Positions 60,911-64,000 of a stretch of 64,000 bases of DNA are shown here, piece by piece; position 1 is the stretch's first letter, and each line of letters begins with the position of its first letter. This DNA comes from Lepidodermella squamata (lineage: Eukaryota; Animalia; Gastrotricha), in assembly GCA_047495785.1 (NCBI GenBank), contig JBLDXI010000016.1, positions 372,001-436,000 on the forward strand. The letters run 5' to 3'. Under the pieces are notes generated by a model. The model did not search any database. It saw only the letters and a list, made by a program, of their open reading frames with translations, and was not told the DNA's origin. The translations under genes and the position numbers were made by a program.

Positions 60911-62300
60911 ATGCCACCTTCGTCATTCGTACTGCGATTTATTCTACGATTTTCTGCGATTATTAACCCGGAGCTATTCGCTCGGGCTACGGATACCATA
61001 GCCCGGGTTCGAAATGCTGATGTCGCCCGTGGCGATCGCAATCGCCTTGCCGATTTGCGTCGTCGTTTTATTGACACGCATATGTCGGGCGAAACCAGAC
61101 CTGTCGAAGAATGGGTCTATGATAAAACAGCCATGCCAGTCATACAAGTTCACAGTACGAGACCGCTATTTCGGCCAGTATCTCGTCATAGGTTTGTCTC
61201 GCAAAACGCCGTTGCAAGTGCCAGTGGCACCCGTTGGCGCCCTCGTCGGCGTTGGAGGGGTGGACGAGTTTGACTCATGCGATGACGCGTCTGACTCCGG
61301 TTTTGACGACGAAGCAGAGCAAGAGGCAGTCACTGATTCAAGCGCAGGAAATGTTATCACTGACGAGATGGAGCTTAACATGCTGAAAGTCGGCACTCAG
61401 GTAGTGTACTACCACTCCTTGAAAAGGGCTATCTTGGAACTCACTGCTAACGCCGTCAACATAACAGATAGCCACGAGTTTCCCTTCTCTATGTCGCATT
61501 TCGCTGCGATGCGCAAAGCCGCTAAGCAAGGTATTTACTTAATCTACGTAACCTATCTCGCTGGTCAACGTTTCTCATTTTAGCTGGAATGGGCGCTCCA
61601 ACTGGCGTGCGGCTGTTGAGTGTGAGGCATGCAAGGCAGGCCTGTCAGTCGGGATTGCATCTAAACAACGCCGTTTACTTCATCCTGGTGTTATGCAGTA
61701 TGGGAACTGGCGTAGAGATTCAGTCCATAACTGAAGGTGACGTCAGCAAGCGGCAACTCAAGAATGGTCAGTGGCACGTGAACGTAAAACTACGTCACAG
61801 GAAAAAAGATACCGGGGCCGAGGGCGGACCGTCGACCAACAAAAAAACCTATGTTCTGAAAATGTACGACCACGACCTGGGTCGGGGGTCGGGACTATTC
61901 GTCGCCTGATGCAAACGCGCGTCTATCGGTTGTACGGTTTTCGAAGCGTTGCGGGAAAAGCTACGACAATTTCCAAGCAGTAAAACGAGCGCTCTCCTAC
62001 GTACCCCGAACGTTCCGCAAAACAGCTGTGAGTCCAAAAACGATGGGTCTCCTGACGAAGACGTTGATGGCTCCGCTCGGTCTTGCTCACCTATATTCGA
62101 ACTACAGCTGGCGGCGCTTGGCGATAAATGTCCTATCTTCTTGCGGCTACCCGCAAATAAAATTGCCCTTCATGTTGGCCATTACAACACCTTTAGCATC
62201 AACCGCTACGACGGTAATTTTCTTAATCATACATTTGCTGATCCTTCCATTTCACTGAAGAACTGAAGCCAGCTGCAAGAGATGCAGGCGAGCGTGTTTT
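60911..62300 (+). pseudogene. Decayed Crypton-like tyrosine recombinase (DUF3504/KCTD1-ZMYM type)
   Basis: NITDSHEF..AAMRKAAKQ|AGMG, LNNAVYF..GVEIQSI..GD..NG..RKK..GG; across frameshifts YSNYSWR..INVL..GY..IALHVGHYNTFSINRY (HxxR and GH..Y boxes); intron ~61531-61582. Confidence 0.65.
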
Positions 62301-64000
62301 CGGCTGTTTTCGGTGACAGGCCAGTCGATGATGCCTTCGAGGACGCCAAAGAACTGGACTCTAGCGACGTCTCCGAGCCTCCTGCCGCTTCTTCCACTTC
62401 TCTCGAGTTCGAACTGCTTGGGCTGCCAAGGCTGTTATCGCCTCTTCGTTCGCCTTTCGCTTCACCGCCTTCGATTCACCTGTTCAACCGCCTGCTTTCG
62501 CTTCACCTGCTTGATCGCCTCCGGCTACGTCTCGGTGCTGCAAGTGCGAAAGCGTCAACGCCTCCAAGCCTGGCTGCCAGTAGCAGCGCTGGGCTTGCTG
62601 ATTCGGCGGCTCCCGCATAAAAGCGGCGAGTTATCACCCTGCATGGCATCGCCAGAAATGCGCCGAACGTTGCGATTCATTTCCACGATGATGAAGACGA
62701 CGAGGCGGAACCGCCATCATACGACATTGGCAAAACTTTAGATTTATTATTTAACGACCATCCACCCGAAGGTGCTCTCGGTCCGGATGTCAGAGTCACA
62801 TAAAACATGATAAAATTGACAGTGCACAGATCGGTAGATAATTTAAAATAATATTGTTTTCTATTTTTTATGAATAAGATGAATTGTTTTTTTTGTTTAA
62901 ATTTTGCCGCGAATGACTCGTCTGAAGTTAGCTATGTGATGTTTCCGGAGTCAGAATTGAGTTTGTTTGGCGATTCGGACAGGCTCAGAGGGCGACCAAG
63001 GCCTTTGCTATAACAGACTATAAATTTAATGTAGTTATTTTGTAAGCTCACGTTCCCCATGAATCTAAGGGCCACCACAGGCCCACAAAACTCCCAGGGA
63101 TCCCAAGGCTCACTAGGCTCCGAGGCTCAAGGCTCGAGGCTCAAATCTCAGTGATTCAGAGACACTCAAAAGGCTTCCTAGGATCTGTCTAAGAGAAAGA
63201 GTACAAAACAACCTGTGGAAAAACCTGTGAAACAGAAGAAAGCAAGCAAGTTAGGTACATCAAATTCTCACATTTGTTACCAGCTTCCCTGTGTAAAAAA
63301 CGACAGAACCACGGATTAAGTTAGAGTATTTTGGCATGATCATCCGCGTGATATAAAAAAAATTCCGAAAATTCCTTTTTATTATTGAGACGTCCCATTC
63401 GTTGAATGGATGGGCCGAAGCCATGGGTCCCGAATGAGCGCTCTTAGGGTCGCTTGTTGGGGTCTCTTGAGGACAGCTCGGTAGCGATACAAAAATTGAA
63501 ATATTACAAACAAATAAGTTAATTTTTGCGACAACTCAAGAGTGACAAGCGGGCCGGATAGGTCGTCAGTAAAATTAATTATTTAAAAATTAATTTAATT
63601 AAGCATGGGTCAAAATATGTGCACCATTAAAAAGGAGGTTATATTTATATAGCAATAAATGTACGCGTCTTAGCACTGAATTTTTTGGCTGATGCCCTCC
63701 CTGAACCTAGGATTTTTATCAAAGCAACCTAGTACCCAAAGCTAGGAAATTTATTGATTTGTTGGGTTCGAAGACGGCTCGAAAAAATAACTGATTTGTA
63801 AAATCGATATTTGGAATCAATCACGGCTCTGCAAGCTGAAGAATTACTCGTAAGCTGGCTGCTTATAGTGAAATACGCGTAATATGAAGATCTATCAGTT
63901 AGGTTTGATAGTAAAAACAATTAGATTCCAGAAATTCGAAGAACCATATTTAGTGGAAATCTAGTGCTGGAGTCTCGAAATTAGCGCTGGAACCCTGAAT

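Overview
This is eukaryotic, invertebrate-animal genomic DNA with short (~50-90 nt) spliceosomal introns and dense transposon content. No prokaryotic features, rRNA, bona fide tRNA or CRISPR were found. Gene models were reconstructed by hand from GT-AG junctions and paralog comparison; no alignments or database searches were run. Host genes: (i) three paralogous secreted astacin-like/EGF/CUB/kringle-like/Cys-rich genes that have all lost the HEXXHXXGXXH zinc motif (pseudo-proteases), plus a decayed fourth 5' copy; (ii) an intronless class C (GABA-B-like) GPCR nested on the same strand in intron 2 of the first astacin-like gene, with an ectodomain-only paralog and a 5' fragment; (iii) four alternately oriented genes for an unrecognised secreted Cys-rich family (signal peptide + ACPPST..TPCP + two 6-Cys modules). 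Mobile DNA: a young Gypsy LTR element (identical LTRs, RT motif FLDN), an intact intron-containing piggyBac, a decayed P-like transposase carrying an intron-split 2A/StopGo motif and interrupted by a CR1/L2-type LINE, an ORF1-only LINE-like insertion between 378-bp direct repeats, a decayed Crypton-like tyrosine recombinase, a rearranged SWIM-YqaJ (ISL2EU-like) gene, a Penelope-type hammerhead remnant, a Helitron, a tRNA-derived SINE and many MITEs, several with tRNA-like Pol III cassettes.
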